Of a stretch of DNA of 64,000 nt, positions 19,988-34,805 are shown piece after piece. A program made the position numbers and the translations under genes. Source of the DNA: Phyllobates terribilis (Eukaryota); the NCBI RefSeq assembly GCF_046119375.1, contig NW_027362765.1:95976001-96040000 (forward strand), written 5' to 3'. Numbering within the stretch: the first letter of the stretch is position 1; each line of letters opens with the position of its first letter. The notes under the pieces are model-generated. The model did no database searches. It saw only the letters and a list, made by a program, of their open reading frames with translations, and was not told the DNA's origin.

Positions 19988-21402
19988 AGGCCCCGTCACA
20001 CATAACGAGATCGCTAGCGAGATCGCTGATGAGTCACGTTTTGGTGACGCATTAGCGATCTCGCTAGCGATCTCGTTATGTCTGACAGGTAGCAACGATC
20101 AGGCCCCTGCTGTGAGATCGCTGATCGTTACAAAGCTTCCTGGACCATTCCTGGGTCGTTGCGCTCCCGCTGGGCAGTGTGCATCGCTGTATTTGACACC
20201 TTGTCAACGACCTCGCTAGCGATTCAGAACTGACACACATTGAGGTGCATAAATTGGACTTTTCTGCGTTCATTGTCCCCGATTGGTGGTCGCTACTGCG
20301 TCCTTGTTTTTTCAGATCCCACCAGCGTTCTCCGGCTGTGACTCCACTTTGAACAAATCAGACATCTTTAGCGAAGTAGGTTTTGTTTGGGGTCTCAAAT
20401 GAGTTTCCATTTTTAATTCATTTATAGGACATCTACCAATTATCTGCTATCATTGCTCTTCAGGGAGGGAGGGCTTGGCTTCTATCTGTATATATATGCT
20501 TTTGCATGGGCAGATATTTTAGGGGTCTCGTGCACACACACCCACACAGCACGTTTTCTGACACGCTGTCGTGGCCAACCGCTTCAGAGTTTTTCACACG
20601 CCAATTAACATGAAGCTTAAATCAATAGACTCTGTTCTTTTGGCCTGTTGCACGCTTCAAAACTTTCTTCGTCGACGTGATGCAATTACGTACTGTCCGC
20701 CTGGCTTTGTGGACTCTGTGGACCGAGCCAATGGGGAAGTGGAGCTCGGTGAATGGCGTGCAAAAGATCCTGCAATTGCAGGCCTTCAACCAGTGGGACA
20801 TGGCAGAAACACCCATGATGCGAAGACCTGCCGCGACAACTACTGCCAGTATTTTAACGGTCCTGGTGCCCCGTCACACATAACGAGATCGCTAACGAGA
20901 TCGCTATTGAAGCCAAGCCCTCCCTCCCTGAAGAGCAATGATAGCAGATAATTGGTAGATGTCCTATAAATGAATTAAAAATGGAAACGCATTTGAGACC
21001 CCAAACAATACCTACTCCACTAAAGATGTCTGATTTGTTCAAAGTGGAGTCACAGCCGGAGAACGCTGGTGGGGTCTGAAAAAACAAGGACGCAGTAGCG
21101 ACCACCAATCGGGACGATGAACGCAGAAAAGTCCAATTTATGCACCTCAATGTGTCTCAGTTCTGAATCGCTTGCGAGGTCGTTGACAAGGTGTCAAATA
21201 CAGCGATGCACACTGCCCAGCGGGAGCGCAACGACCCAGGAATGGTCCAGGAAGCTTTGTAACGATCAGCGATCTCACAGCAGGGGCCTGATCGTTGCTA
21301 CCTGTCAGACATAACGAGATCGCTAGCGAGATCGCTATTGCGTCACCAAACCGTGACTCATCAGCGATCTCGCTAGCGATCTCATTATGTGTGACGGGGC
21401 CT
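19988..21402. mobile_element. PIF/Harbinger-derived element with about 495-bp inverted arms around a transposase fragment
   Basis: Termini AGGCCCCGTCACACA / TGTGTGACGGGGCCT, TAA TSD both sides; 19988-20482 is the reverse complement of 20909-21402. Confidence 0.85.
20571..20868 (+). pseudogene. C-terminal fragment of a Harbinger/PIF (DDE_Tnp_4-like) transposase
   Basis: ANRFRVFHTPINMK...VLLACCTLQNFLRRRD...GEWR...AKTCRDNYCQYFNGPGA resembles Harbinger nuclease C-termini. Confidence 0.7.
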
Positions 21403-21778
21403 TAAGACATTTCAGGCAATGTTTCCGTATACTCTAGGCAGTCCTGAGCTACGAACGCCAGGAAGATGAGACAAACGTCAACAGCACTTGCCAAGATCTT
21501 CACCTTTCTCGAATGGCGTTATGATAAACCCATCCTGGAATATCAGAAGGGTGCTTCCAGCAGCAGGGCCAGCTTTGAGACCAATGTGTCTCTATACCGG
21601 TTTCAATTGTAGGAATGAACAAATGGCCATTGATCCACTGCGTGAGAGTCAAAGGAAACTTACTCCTTATTTGTAGGTCTTTTTTCAACAGAGCGCTCAC
21701 TTCACCTACGTGTGCTCATTTTCGGCTAAAGTTTCCCTGGTTGGAGCCTCACCTGACATGTTTTAGCTGAAACTAGAA

Positions 21779-24522
21779 CAGTGGCTTGCGAAAGTATCCC
21801 CCCCCCCCCCTCCCAGACCACCCCCCTTGGCATGTTTCATGTTTTGCTACCTCACAACCTGGAATTTCATTTTTTTTTTGAGGGATTGCCTCAGTTCATG
21901 TGAAGACTATGCCTACAGCTGTGAACATTTGTTTTTCTTTTTATTGTCTAGCAAGTAGGACAAAATAACTGAAAATTTCAGTGTGCATAACTATTCACCT
22001 ACCCCCCCCCCCCACACACACACTCTAAAGTCAGCTGCAGTCGCTTTGGATGTCTCTATGAGCTTTTCACATCTTGCCATTTTTGCTCATTCCTCAAGGC
22101 AAAACTGCTCCAGCTCCTTCAAATTAGATGGTTTCCTCTGGTGAACAGCAAATCTTCAAGTCTGACCACAGATTCTCAATTGGATTAAGGTCTGGGCTTT
22201 GACTAGGCCAATCCAAACATTTACACGTTTCCCCTTAAACTACTCAAGTGTTGCTTTAGCAGTATGCTTTGGGTCATTGTCTTGTTGGAAGGTGAATCTC
22301 TGTCCCCGTCTCAAATCACTGACAGGCTGAAACAGGTTTTGCTCAAGAATATCCCTGTATTTTGCACCATCCATCTTTCCCTCAACTCAGAATCTTTTCC
22401 TCGTCCCTGCTGCCGAAAAACATCCCACAGCATGCTGCTGCCACCACCATGTTTCACTGTGGGGATGGTGTTCTTGGGTGATGAGCAATGTTGATTTGGC
22501 GCTAGACAGCGTTTATCTTGCTCGTCAAAAAATTCAATTTTGGTCTCATCTGACCACAGCATCTTTCTCCATACATTTGGGGAGTGTGCCACATGTCTTT
22601 TGGCAAACTCAAAACTAGCCTTACAATTTTTGTAAGTAAAGGCTTTTTTTCTGCCCACTTTTCTATAAAGCTCACCTCTATGGAGTGTACGGCTTATTGT
22701 GGTCATATGGACAGATTCTTCTGTCTCTGTGCTGCCTCTCTGATTAATGCCATCCTTGCCGTGCTGAGTGTTTTGGTGGGCGCCCTCTCCTGTCAGGTTT
22801 ATTGTGGTACCATGTTCTTTTCATTTGATGGTGCTCTGGAGGGAGGGGGTGGGGGTCATCAAATATTGTGATTTTTTAACCAAACCCGGCTTTGTAATTA
22901 TCAACAAATTTGAAGATCTCTTTGGTCTTCATGGTATTTGGTTAGTGGTGCCTCTTGCTTAATGGTATTGTAGCCTCTGTGGCTGTGACGCTCACAGCCC
23001 TCCCTGGGAAATGGGGTACTTGGAGCCAGGTCAGATGTTGGGGAGGCAGTCGTGGCCTGGACCCGTTCCGTGCCCAGGGCCGTCACATGAAAGTAATGGG
23101 CCATCAGGGTTGAGTGGTATTATCGACTACGCCACCTGTGGTGTCTGGTGATGCGCCACCAGCGCTGCTAGCAGTCCTCTGAGGCTGGATGTAGTGGCAG
23201 CAGGCGATGTTATAACTCCCCACAGGCGGAGCAGGGCCTCAGGGCAGATGTGACAGGAGGATGGGGAGAGTAGTCCTGGGTCACGCAGGTGCTGTGTGGT
23301 GCAGTGTAGAAATGAAGGAACCAGAGGCCATAGTGATAGTCTTCCAGGTCTTTTACTCACAGTTCCTTTAAGCAGCGGCAAGGCTTCTCCCTGCTCCTCA
23401 CGGATCACTGCGGCCACCAGGGATGAGGGCTCAGCGCACCCAAGGAATTCAGGTACCTCGATCGGGACCCTCCGAGTGTTCCTAACAGTCCCCTTTGAAC
23501 CTCTCCTGTGTGTGTGCGTGCAAAGGCTGGGTCCCACTGGATAAACGCAGGTAGAGGGGTACAGGTGGCGTAGGCCGCTCCGTCTGTATCCCTCCCGGGA
23601 TCCACTAAGCCATTAAGTAACAAAGTCAGATATCGGGGGCCGGTCATCCCTCTTGCAGCAGGAGTCCCTCTGGCCAGGCCAGAATGGAGAGTACAGGTGG
23701 GATACGCCGCTCCGTCGGTGCACCCTGGGATCCTTTTGCTTGTGGAGCTGTCACTAAAGCTCCCACCCTTCTCAAGCAAGGGAACTTGACCGGGGTAGAG
23801 ACACTGTTAACTCCTTCCCGCTCCTCGTGTCAAGGTCAGGGCACGAGGACCGTGTATCTTCAGCACACTGCAGGCTCCTACACAAGGCCACCGTCAGCTG
23901 CAAAGACCACAATCAAAGAACCTTGTGCTTAAGATGGCTGGCTATTTATATATGAAACTATGTGTGCAAACTAAAACTGTGTTCTACCCTTCACCCACTA
24001 CATGGTTCTCCTAACTTTTGGTTCCCCCCACTTGTGATCCTGCTGAGGCAGCACTATGGTGCATACTTGCCTCCCGTAGGTCAGGAGTGTGTAGTGTTGA
24101 ATGTAGATTCAGGGTCCTGACCAGTGCACCTTCCTTACCTGGGTGAGGAGACACTACACCTGCTGACAGGCTGCAGTATCCCCCCTTGTGGCGACCGAAC
24201 CCTCAGGGGCGCCACATGGCCTTTCAGAAAAGGTGTGTATATATACTGACATGTGACACTTGGATTGCACACAGGTGGACTTCCTTTCAATAAGCATGTG
24301 ACATATGAAGGTACTGTAATTGCTTGCACAAGAATTTTTTAGGGGCTTCATCGCAAAAGGGGTAAATATACATATGCCAATTTTTAATTTTTCTCACTTC
24401 ACCAACTTAGACTGTTTAGTGCTGATGCAGCACACACAAATCTGAATAAAATATTTTGTACAGGTTGTAATATAACAAAATAGGTAAGAAGCAAAGGGTG
24501 TGAATACTTTCACAAGCCACTG
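21779..24522 (-). mobile_element. Heavily decayed Tc1 element interrupted by a solo LTR
   Basis: Termini cagtggcttgcgaaagta / tactttcacaagccactg|TA; remnants [13 protein letters not shown] and WSDETKIE. Confidence 0.8.
22984..24216. mobile_element. Solo LTR (1233 bp), opposite orientation to 25440-26672
   Basis: TGTGACGC...GGGGCGCCACA; 4-bp TSD TGGC on both sides. Confidence 0.82.
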
Positions 24523-24973
24523 TAGTAGAAATGCATTACATAACAATATACAGCAAGTATAGGTTCACCAAAACTGAACCTGGGCCTACCAGAGGAGCAT
24601 CCAGGAGGTCCACCCACAATACAGGCTCACCAGCTGTCCAACTTTGGACCACAACAGCACAGAAACCGGCGCTTCATATTTAAAGAAGTGTTCCCAAACC
24701 TGAGATTGGTGCCTGGCTTTACTATCCACAAAATTTTTTTAGGGTCCCAGGGGTGAGACCACACCCAACAGACAAATTGGTGTTCTGTGACGCCTGTATC
24801 ATGATTCTTGGTGGACTTAGATGCCTTAGAAAGTCGAGAGGTCGCACAGCCTAACAAACTTGTAATCACATCTCACCACATTTAAAATGTTTCAAAAAGT
24901 CAGATTGGTGTCAGTTTAGTAGCTGCATCTTGCCTCCCATTCCAATTAATGGCATCTATATCCCAAAATGTGC

Positions 24974-25189
24974 NNNNNNNNNNNNNNNNNNNNNNNNNNN
25001 NNNNNNNNNNNNNNNNNNNNNNNNNNNNNNNNNNNNNNNNNNNNNNNNNNNNNNNNNNNNNNNNNNNNNNNNNNNNNNNNNNNNNNNNNNNNNNNNNNNN
25101 NNNNNNNNNNNNNNNNNNNNNNNNNNNNNNNNNNNNNNNNNNNNNNNNNNNNNNNNNNNNNNNNNNNNNNNNNNNNNNNNNNNNNNNNN
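24974..25189. other. Assembly gap (216 N)
   Basis: N run. Confidence 1.
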
Positions 25190-28032
25190 CACACCTTCTC
25201 ATTTAAAGATTTTTCTGTATTTTCATGACTATGAAAATTGTACATTCACACTGAAGGCATCAAAACTATGAATTAACACATGTGGAATTATATACTTAAC
25301 AAAAAAGTGTGAAACAACTGAAAATATGTCTTATATTCTAGGTTCTTCAAAGTAGCCACCTTTTGCTTTGATGACTGCTTTGCACACTCTTGGCATTCTC
25401 TTGATGAGCTTCAAGAGGTAGTCACAGGAAATGTTCTACTGTAGCACCCTGAGGATTCGGCTGCTACAGGGGTATTGCACCTCAAACCAGAGGTGTGATA
25501 TTCCACTCCCGGGTAAGGATGGAGCGTGGAACTGAGCTAGTAGGCTGCATGCACTACATACATCCCATTTCCGGGGGACAGATCGACGGTACTCCCACCA
25601 GTTTATGTGCAGGTACAATAGTGTCTGTCCCTGGCTGGAGTAAGAGGGGGGTGGAACATCCCAGTAGTGTAGGGGCAGATAGGGGGGAGCAGTTTGGGTA
25701 AAGCTAGGAGCTCATTGGGTGCTGGTCACCTGAGCTCACACATAGAGGGAGTATATAAGGTGGGCACCATCTTAGATCAGAGTCAGTCTGTCAGAGTTGA
25801 GTCAGAGGAGCAGAGCAGAGAAGCTCAGCCAGAAGGGCTGACAGGGGAGTTGTGGTTCCGGCTGGGCCCAGCTCCAAGGCCAAGAGAGAGAGGAGTCAGA
25901 AGGACCCAGAGAGAAGGAGAAGGAACCCCAAGACCCCAGAATACAAGCAACAGGGTGAAGGGTTGGCACCTAGGGTACCGGATCCCAAGCTGGCAGAGAG
26001 AAAAGCACACCTTAGCCAGAGACCGGAGGTCGTGGGCAGGATCTGCCACGACCCTCACCAAATCCACCAGGAAGGCAGACCAAGTATAGGGTCAGGGAAC
26101 CCAGAAGAGGTGTACCCACCAAGAGACCCGAGGGAGCCGGACATAGGTGGATCCCTGGTGAGAACGGCCAGAAGAGAGGGAAAGTCAGACAGGAGCTCAG
26201 GACCACACTCCAGAATTACTTGGGGGTTGGCCGAGTCCAGGACCTGGTGGACGCAGCACGGCTCGGGTGGTCGCTTCAGGCCAGAGTGACCATAAGAACA
26301 CCCGTAAGTAAAAACCCCTGAACTGCACAGCCCGACTCTGAGTCTTCTTGCTGATTCATCCTGCACCTGCACAACCACCATCCTCTACACCTGACCCCCT
26401 GAGGCTATACCCCTCCCGTTGGGGGTTATACTACCAGAGCTGCACACACACCACCAGCCTCAGCGGACCCTTCTGCAGCGGCGGCCTTGTGACCGCAAAT
26501 CAACGGGTGGCGTAGTCGACATTAAGGACCCTTAACAACATCTGTAAAGACTGCCACACACTGAGTTTGACACCCTGGGCACGGACCGGGTCACCGCCAC
26601 TCGGAGACTACAACCCCCATCTGATCCGGCTCCGGGTAATCCCCAAACAGCACTGGCCCAGGGGGCGCGTCACTACCAACAATCTTGAAGGAGTTCCCAG
26701 AGATGCTTAGCACTTGTTGGCCCTTTTGCCTTCACTCTGCGGTCCAGCTCACCCCAAACCATCTCGATTGGGTTCAGGTCTGGTGACTGTGGAGGCCAGG
26801 TCATCTGGCGTAGCACCCCATCACTCTCCTTCTTGGTCAAATAGCCCTTACACAGCCTGGAGATGTGTTTGGGGTCATTGTCCTGTTGAAAAATAAATGA
26901 TGGTGCAACTAAACGCAAACCGGATGGAATAGCATGCCGCTGCAAGATGCTGTGGTAGCCATGCTGGTTCAGTATGCCTTCAATTTTGAATAAATCCCCA
27001 ACAGTGTCACCAGCAAAGCACCCCCACACCATCACACCTCCTCCTCCATGCTTCACGGTGGGAACCAGGCATGTAGAGTCCATCCGTTCACCTTTTCTGC
27101 GTCGCACAAAGACACGGTGGTTGGAGCCAAAGATCTCAAATTTGGACACATCAGACCAAAGCACAGATTTCCACTGGTCTAATGTCCATTCCTTGTGTTC
27201 TTTAGCCCAAACAAGTCTCTTCTGCTTGTTGCCTGTCCTTAGCAGTGGTTTCCTAGCAGCTATTTTACCATGAAGGCCTGCTGCACAAAGTCTCCTCTTA
27301 ATAGTTGTTGAAGAGATGTGTCTGCTGCTAGAACTCTGTGTGGCATTGACCTGGTCTCTAATCTGAGCTGCTGTTAACCTGTGATTTCTGAGGCTGGTGA
27401 CGCGGATAAACTTATCCTCAGAAGCAGAGGTGACTCTTGGTCTTCCTTTCCTGGGGCGGTCCTCATGTGAGCCAGTTTCTTTGTAGCGCTTGATGGTTTT
27501 TGCAACTGCACTTGAGGACACTTTCAAAGTTTGCCCAATTTTTCGGACTGACTCACCTTCATTTCTTAAAGTAATGATGGCCACTTGTTTTTCTTTACTT
27601 AGAATTTGTATTATGGCAAGAAAAAAGCAGCTAACAGTCTATTCAGTAGGACTATCAGCTATGTATCCACCAGACTTCTGCACAACACAACTGATGGTCC
27701 AACCCCATTTATAAGGCAAGAAATCCCACTTATTAAACCTGACAGGGCACACCTGTGAAGTGAAAACCATTTCCGGTTACTACCTCTTGAAGCTCATCAA
27801 GAGAATGCCAAGAGTGTGCAAAGCAGTCATCAAAGCAAAAGGTGTCTACTTTGAAGAACCTAGAATATAAGACATATTTTCAGTTGTTTCACACTTTTTT
27901 GTTAAGTATATAATTCCACATGTGTTAATTCATAGTTTTGATGCCTCCAGTGTGAATGTACAATTTTCAAAGTCATGAAAATACAGAAAAATCTTTAAAT
28001 GAGAAGGTGTGTCCAAATTTTTGGTCTGTACT
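25190..28032 (-). mobile_element. Tc1 element with about 200-bp TIRs; transposase 26673-27584 interrupted near C-terminus by a solo LTR
   Basis: TIRs cacaccttctcatttaaag... / ...gagaaggtgtgtccaaatttttggtctgtactg|TA; [19 protein letters not shown]; C-terminal KRMPRVCKAVIKAKGGYFEE resumes below 25436. Confidence 0.9.
25440..26672. mobile_element. Solo LTR (1233 bp) inserted in Tc1 transposase
   Basis: TGTAGCACCCTGAGG...GGGGGCGCGTCA; 4-bp TSD CTAC. Confidence 0.85.
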
Positions 28033-28178
28033 GTAAAATATATATATAATTCTCATCTATTGAGCGTTTATGGCACATTTTGGGATATAGATGCCCTACG
28101 GATGTCATGGGACATCTTGTTTATGTCGACCAGGTGACAGTGTGAACAGAGACCAGCGCGTGGGCACTTCTACATATA

Positions 28179-29818
<1,640 letters not shown>

Positions 29819-30836
29819 TAGGTTCTAAAAGGGAAACCTGTCTATGAATTGGTTTTATCATTTCTCTCGACAGGTACTGGTCCTACCCTCACCTATCAGG
29901 CACTCATGATATATATTTTGTGCATATTAAATAACTGCATGAGGTGAAGATACACCATTTATATAAAAAAAAAAAAAAAAGAAGGACATCTCACTTGGTC
30001 AAAAGTGGTCAGATTTTTTGCACTTATTTTATACCCAATGTTCCCCTGAGTATTTTGTTTTTTGTTTAAATTAAAATTTGCCATGCGGTTCTGGAGATGT
30101 GGTCCTTTTTATTTAATGTTAATTTTTATGATCTTTACAATGGGGCGTGGCTCACAGTAATTATGCAGAACAGCCTAAAGACACGCCCCAGAGGATCCTG
30201 TTAACCACACCCAATTGTAAAAACCACAAAAAAAAAAGCCTCAAACTCTGGAACTGAATGGCGGATTTTAATTGAACAAAAACACAAACAAAAATAGATT
30301 AGTCATGGAGCAGCAGCAATAAAATCAGAGCACTTTTGACTTTGTGACAGGTGCTCTTTAAACAAAGAGGATGTCTCAAACCATTGTGCCATTAGATCAG
30401 ATGTTACGGATCAGCACCATTAGTATGGAAAGGGAATGGGGGAGGTTGGGGTTAAAGTTCTCACTAACACGTTTACATTTCTTCTTTTGCAAATAAAGAC
30501 AAACCAGTCTAGGTAATTTTCAAGATCAGTAGGGGGAGGGTTTCTTCTATTTTATGGCATTTCTGGATTAGGGGCAGACACAGACAGAAGAGGGCCCCTG
30601 TGCAAGAACTTGGGTCCTTTACAATCCTGGAAGTGGGCCCCTGTGCAGCTGCACCATTGATATGTCCAATGTCCACCCCTGATCTGGATGATATGCCAGA
30701 GCAGCGCAATTGCCCTCAACTGCCTTGCACTAGTTTGCCAATGGGTGGGCAAGGAGCACCATTAAGGTGACAAACCTCACATACATAACATGTACACACC
30801 TCTACCATTGTAGGGAGGAACAATTCAACCTGGATT

Positions 30837-31143
30837 TTAATAAATGGATTTTATTATTCTTACTTCGCTCATGACCCTTTGGGCACAAACAATACATACA
30901 AGTTCAGTGGCGGCCACCATGATGTAAGCAGCGGCAATATCCCAAATTCTGCGGTTGATCCAAAGAACAAGCTGAGGGATGCAGCCTCCCAGGTAGATCA
31001 GGCTGGCAGCCGAGGCTTCACTCATACTAAGGGCTCCAAATCCACACTGGGAATTGGGCACAGTACCGTTCTGAAGTGGGTCGATGCAGCAGGAATAAGG
31101 GACACCACAGGAGTTGACGCCAGGAGAACTGCAGTTGAAATAC
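30837..31143 (-). CDS. TSPAN10: Tetraspanin-10 terminal coding exon
   Basis: ttcctacag|G TAT TTC AAC TGC... = YFNCSSPGVNSCGVPYSCCIDPLQNGTVPNSQCGFGA...LGGCIPQL...IKSIY*; cysteine pattern of tetraspanin EC2 plus TM4. Confidence 0.9.
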
Positions 31144-31725
31144 CTGTAGGAATAGAGACTCGTTAGTTAGAACGTTCACGTGATTATATAGATCTCTCAT
31201 CCCAGTAGACCCTCAGCAAATACGTTGGTAAAGGGGGTTATATCATGTTACGACTCTTGTCGGGTATCCCGGGGCTCCTACCCCATCCCTCATGCTAGGG
31301 GCCCCCTAGCTGGCCCTGTTCCCTGGATTACTTCTGAAGGTGAAGATGCCGGGGCCACGTACCTTGTCTGAGCTCCTCAATCCGCCCTCAGTCTGTTCCC
31401 TTACCCCCCCAGGGAAGAGGGAAGTAGTAGTGTATGGCAGTACACAAACCAGACTAACAAGGCTAAAGGAAAATACCAATCATACAAATATATGCACACA
31501 AACAACACAGGTTAACACTGGGAAGTGGAGGATGGGAAACAAACCAAAACAGAAGAATAGGATTAGCAGGCAAACTAAACCACACAACAGTCTAAGCTGA
31601 AATCCACCACTCTCCAACACACTACATGCAGCATAAGCTAGCTCTGTCAATGATAACCTGCCAAAGTCCAGTATAATATATATATATATATGAGAGTGGC
31701 TAACACTGGACAGCTGAGAGCCTAA

Positions 31726-32328
31726 AGCCCCCGTCTCACATAGCGAGATCGCTGCTGTGTCACGGTTTTGGTGACGCAACAGTGACCTCACCAGCGATGT
31801 CGCTATGTGTGACACTTTGCAACGATCAGGCCCCTGCTGTGAGGTCGCTGATCGCTGCAAAGTGTCCTGGACCATTTTTTGGTCGTTGCTCTCCCGCTGG
31901 TCAGCACACATCGCTGTGTGTGACCAGCGATCAGGCTGGTAACCATGATAAACATCGGGTTACTAGGGGCACACGCGCACCTAGTAACCCGTTGTTTATC
32001 ATGGTTACGAGCCTGCTAAAGTGAGTGGTAACCTCCCACTGTAGCAGAGTGGTAACCATGATAAACAACGGGTTACTAGGAGCGTGTGTGCCCCTAGTAA
32101 CCCGATGTTTACCATAGTTACCAGCCTGCTCCTGCTTCAGCCGCAGGCTGGTAACCAGGAGCAGGACATCGTGGAAAGATTCTTTCCACGATTTCGCTGC
32201 TCCCCTGATCGTTGATGAGCCTGCCTGTTTGACAGCTCACCAGCGACCACATAGCGACGGAGCAACGATCCCTGACAGGTCGTATCGTTGTCGGGATCAT
32301 TGCAGCGTCGCTAAGTGTGACGGGGCCT
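31726..32328. mobile_element. Harbinger-type MITE (same terminal family as 19988-21402) in TSPAN10 intron
   Basis: Termini agcccccgtctcaca / tgtgacggggcct with TAA TSD; two internal hairpins of about 28-bp stem (31940-32007, 32051-32122). Confidence 0.8.
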
Positions 32329-32943
32329 TAAATTAAGGTAAGCTTCCAGGAGTTCACAACTGAGCAGATTAACCCCTGCACTGCTAAAAGAACCTACACC
32401 ATTTAATATGAAGGCGAAAGGCTTCTAATGAGTGCAGGAGTGGAAGGAATCAGACACTGCAGTCTTCTGGCTCCTCTGTCGCAGTAAACTCGTGACATTA
32501 TTAGAGACAACTTCTTAGATGAGGCACACCATGTGCCCGACCTTCTCCGTACCCCCAGCCATAAAATATATGGACTGGCTCATTACTTATGTCCTAATAC
32601 GGCATAAGGACAAAGCTTGTCTTTAGGATACAACCCTCTTTAAAACTGGTCATAGACCTCATAAATTTGATCTTCAAACGCTATTTTACAGGGTAGATGT
32701 AGGTAAAATCAGTCCTGTAGATATCCTGAGTTATATCATGTATTATACTCCAGAGCTGCACTCACTATTCTGTTCACGATAATTAGACGAGCTTGCTGAC
32801 AACTCTGGTAAAATATAAGCTGCGCTGTCATTGGACATTACAAAATGCTTCAAGAGTATGATATAAAATGCAAGTCTGGATTACAACATGGGTGTGCTTT
32901 ATAGACAACAATCCCCAAATAATTTGACTTAACCGATACTTAC

Positions 32944-33548
32944 AAATTTGAGGTCCAGTCCTGGTAGGACTGCGCACCACAACACTCCATGCCAAGCTGT
33001 ATTTCATCCAATATAAACTTGAGGTCTGAATCATCTTGGTATCTGTTCACGGCTACCATCATGGTCTTCTTCATCGAATCCTCAATCTGTTTGTGAAAAC
33101 ACAGTACCACCAGGGACACCAAACATTGTGCAATCAAAAGCGTAGTAATCCCAGCAAAAAAAAGCTTGAGGAGACAAATGTTCTCTCTGATGAAGCCAAC
33201 GCATCCAGAGAAAGACAAGACACAGACGACCAAGCCCACCAGTACAAACACAAGCATGGGGTCGGTTCCCAGATTATTGATCTGCTCACCCATCAAGGAC
33301 TGCTTGTCCGCAAGGCCCCAAAATCCTATGCACAGCAGTCCAAAGCCCAGCGTAAAGAAGATGAAGTTGAGAAAGAACATGAAATATTTGATGAAGGGTA
33401 GAAATGGATCGGGATGATGGCCTCGAGGTGGTGGCCAGTCTTTCGGCACAATGGAGAATGGGGAGTTGTCCACTTCAGCATTACTATGGGTGTAGTATTG
33501 GAAGTCATTCGATTCCTGGCCGTATTTTCTATTCCATTTTTGAGCATC
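32944..33548 (-). CDS. TSPAN10: Tetraspanin-10 large middle coding exon (TM1-3, CCG motif)
   Basis: Acceptor ctcaatttcag|GAT GCT; KYFMFFLNFIF..GCVGFIREN..ECCGAQSYQDW; donor TT|GTAAGT, phase 2 matches next exon; position between PDE6G and NPLOC4. Confidence 0.92.
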
Positions 33549-34733
33549 CTGAAATTGAGGTTTTAAAATGAGAGAAGGCTCTGATCCCTCCAGGTACACA
33601 GTCATTGTCACTGCCTGTGACCCCACATTGCTCACCAGCCATAGCCGCCGCTCGCCCAAGCCAAGATGTCGCAAACCATAGCCATGGCCTGCCCAACCGT
33701 TGACATCACCAGCCACAACGATTGCCTGCCCACCCTTTGGCATTACCAGACATAGTCATTGCTTCCCCAAATGACCGCATAGATAGTCAGTCACAGTCAT
33801 CTCTCCCCAGAATGTGGTAAGACATAGTCTATGCTCTCTACATCATAAATAGCCATAGTCATTGTCACAGTCAATACCCCTCCTCCTCTCAAAAAATTTA
33901 ATCTATGTCAGTGCTCCCCAAAACGTTGGCAGTCATCGTCTGTGGTCCTCGCTGCCAGGTACAGTCATCGCTTCTACAACAATGCAACCATAAGTCACTG
34001 GTGGAGGTGCTGCATAATCCTGGATGGTGAAGAGTCCACTGCAAGAAACTGCTTCAAAATCCAGAGTGTGAACACAAACTTATGTAAAATAAAAACCAAA
34101 ACCCCCAACTACTTAGTTATAAACTTAGCCTTGGGAGCCTACTGTATAGTGCAGCTGGCATCCATACTCTATGGAGCAGGCTCAGCTGCAGAGCACGCTC
34201 CATACACACAGAAGGGATATCTACTGAATATGTATGGCGGACGTCGCAAATTGAAACATGGGCAGAAGTAAGTCGCCTAGAAGTCATGAGCCCGGGAACT
34301 TGTTTCCTGGCTCTAACCCTACTACAGAGTCATATCTAGGATTTTCAAGGCAACAATTAAGAATTTGGGCGTTTTTAGAAATGTAGGTTGTGCATACTCC
34401 CGGACAACCAGAAAAAAACAAAACAAAACAAAACAAGGCACTTTTTCTTTTGTGCAAAATTCATGAATCTCCCCGACCCATTTTGAATAATTTGGTGCAA
34501 AAAAAATAAACATTTTATACCACAAGCCAAAAACTAAATTAGTGAAATAAACGTGACTTCAATAAATTGTATATGATGAATCGGACCCCATGTGTATTAG
34601 AAAGTTGCAGAATTTACGATGAGTCTTAATATGTAGAAGTGACTTTTTGTGGAGTAAAACCAGAGCACAAATAACCCCCTTCCCCACCCAAGCATTAAAA
34701 TTCTGAAACACACAGATTATAAGGATTTATCAC

Positions 34734-34805
34734 CTTGGATAACAAGTTTCTCGCTTCCTCATGCTGTGCTGGGTTTCTTCGCAGTTTCTGGAGTAGACGA
34801 AACAT
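34734..34805 (-). CDS. TSPAN10: Tetraspanin-10 first coding exon (predicted)
   Basis: MFRLLQKLRRNPAQHEEARNLLSK|gtgata, phase 0; end resembles mammalian exon-1 peptide (EE..SPLLSQ). Confidence 0.65.

Noticed and set aside
24900-25271. ORFs spanning N runs (also 46094-46447)
   Set aside because: Artefacts of translating assembly gaps.
33549-33743. N-terminal part of the 267-aa ORF as TSPAN10 start
   Set aside because: A good acceptor at 33549 and a plausible upstream exon indicate this part is intronic read-through.
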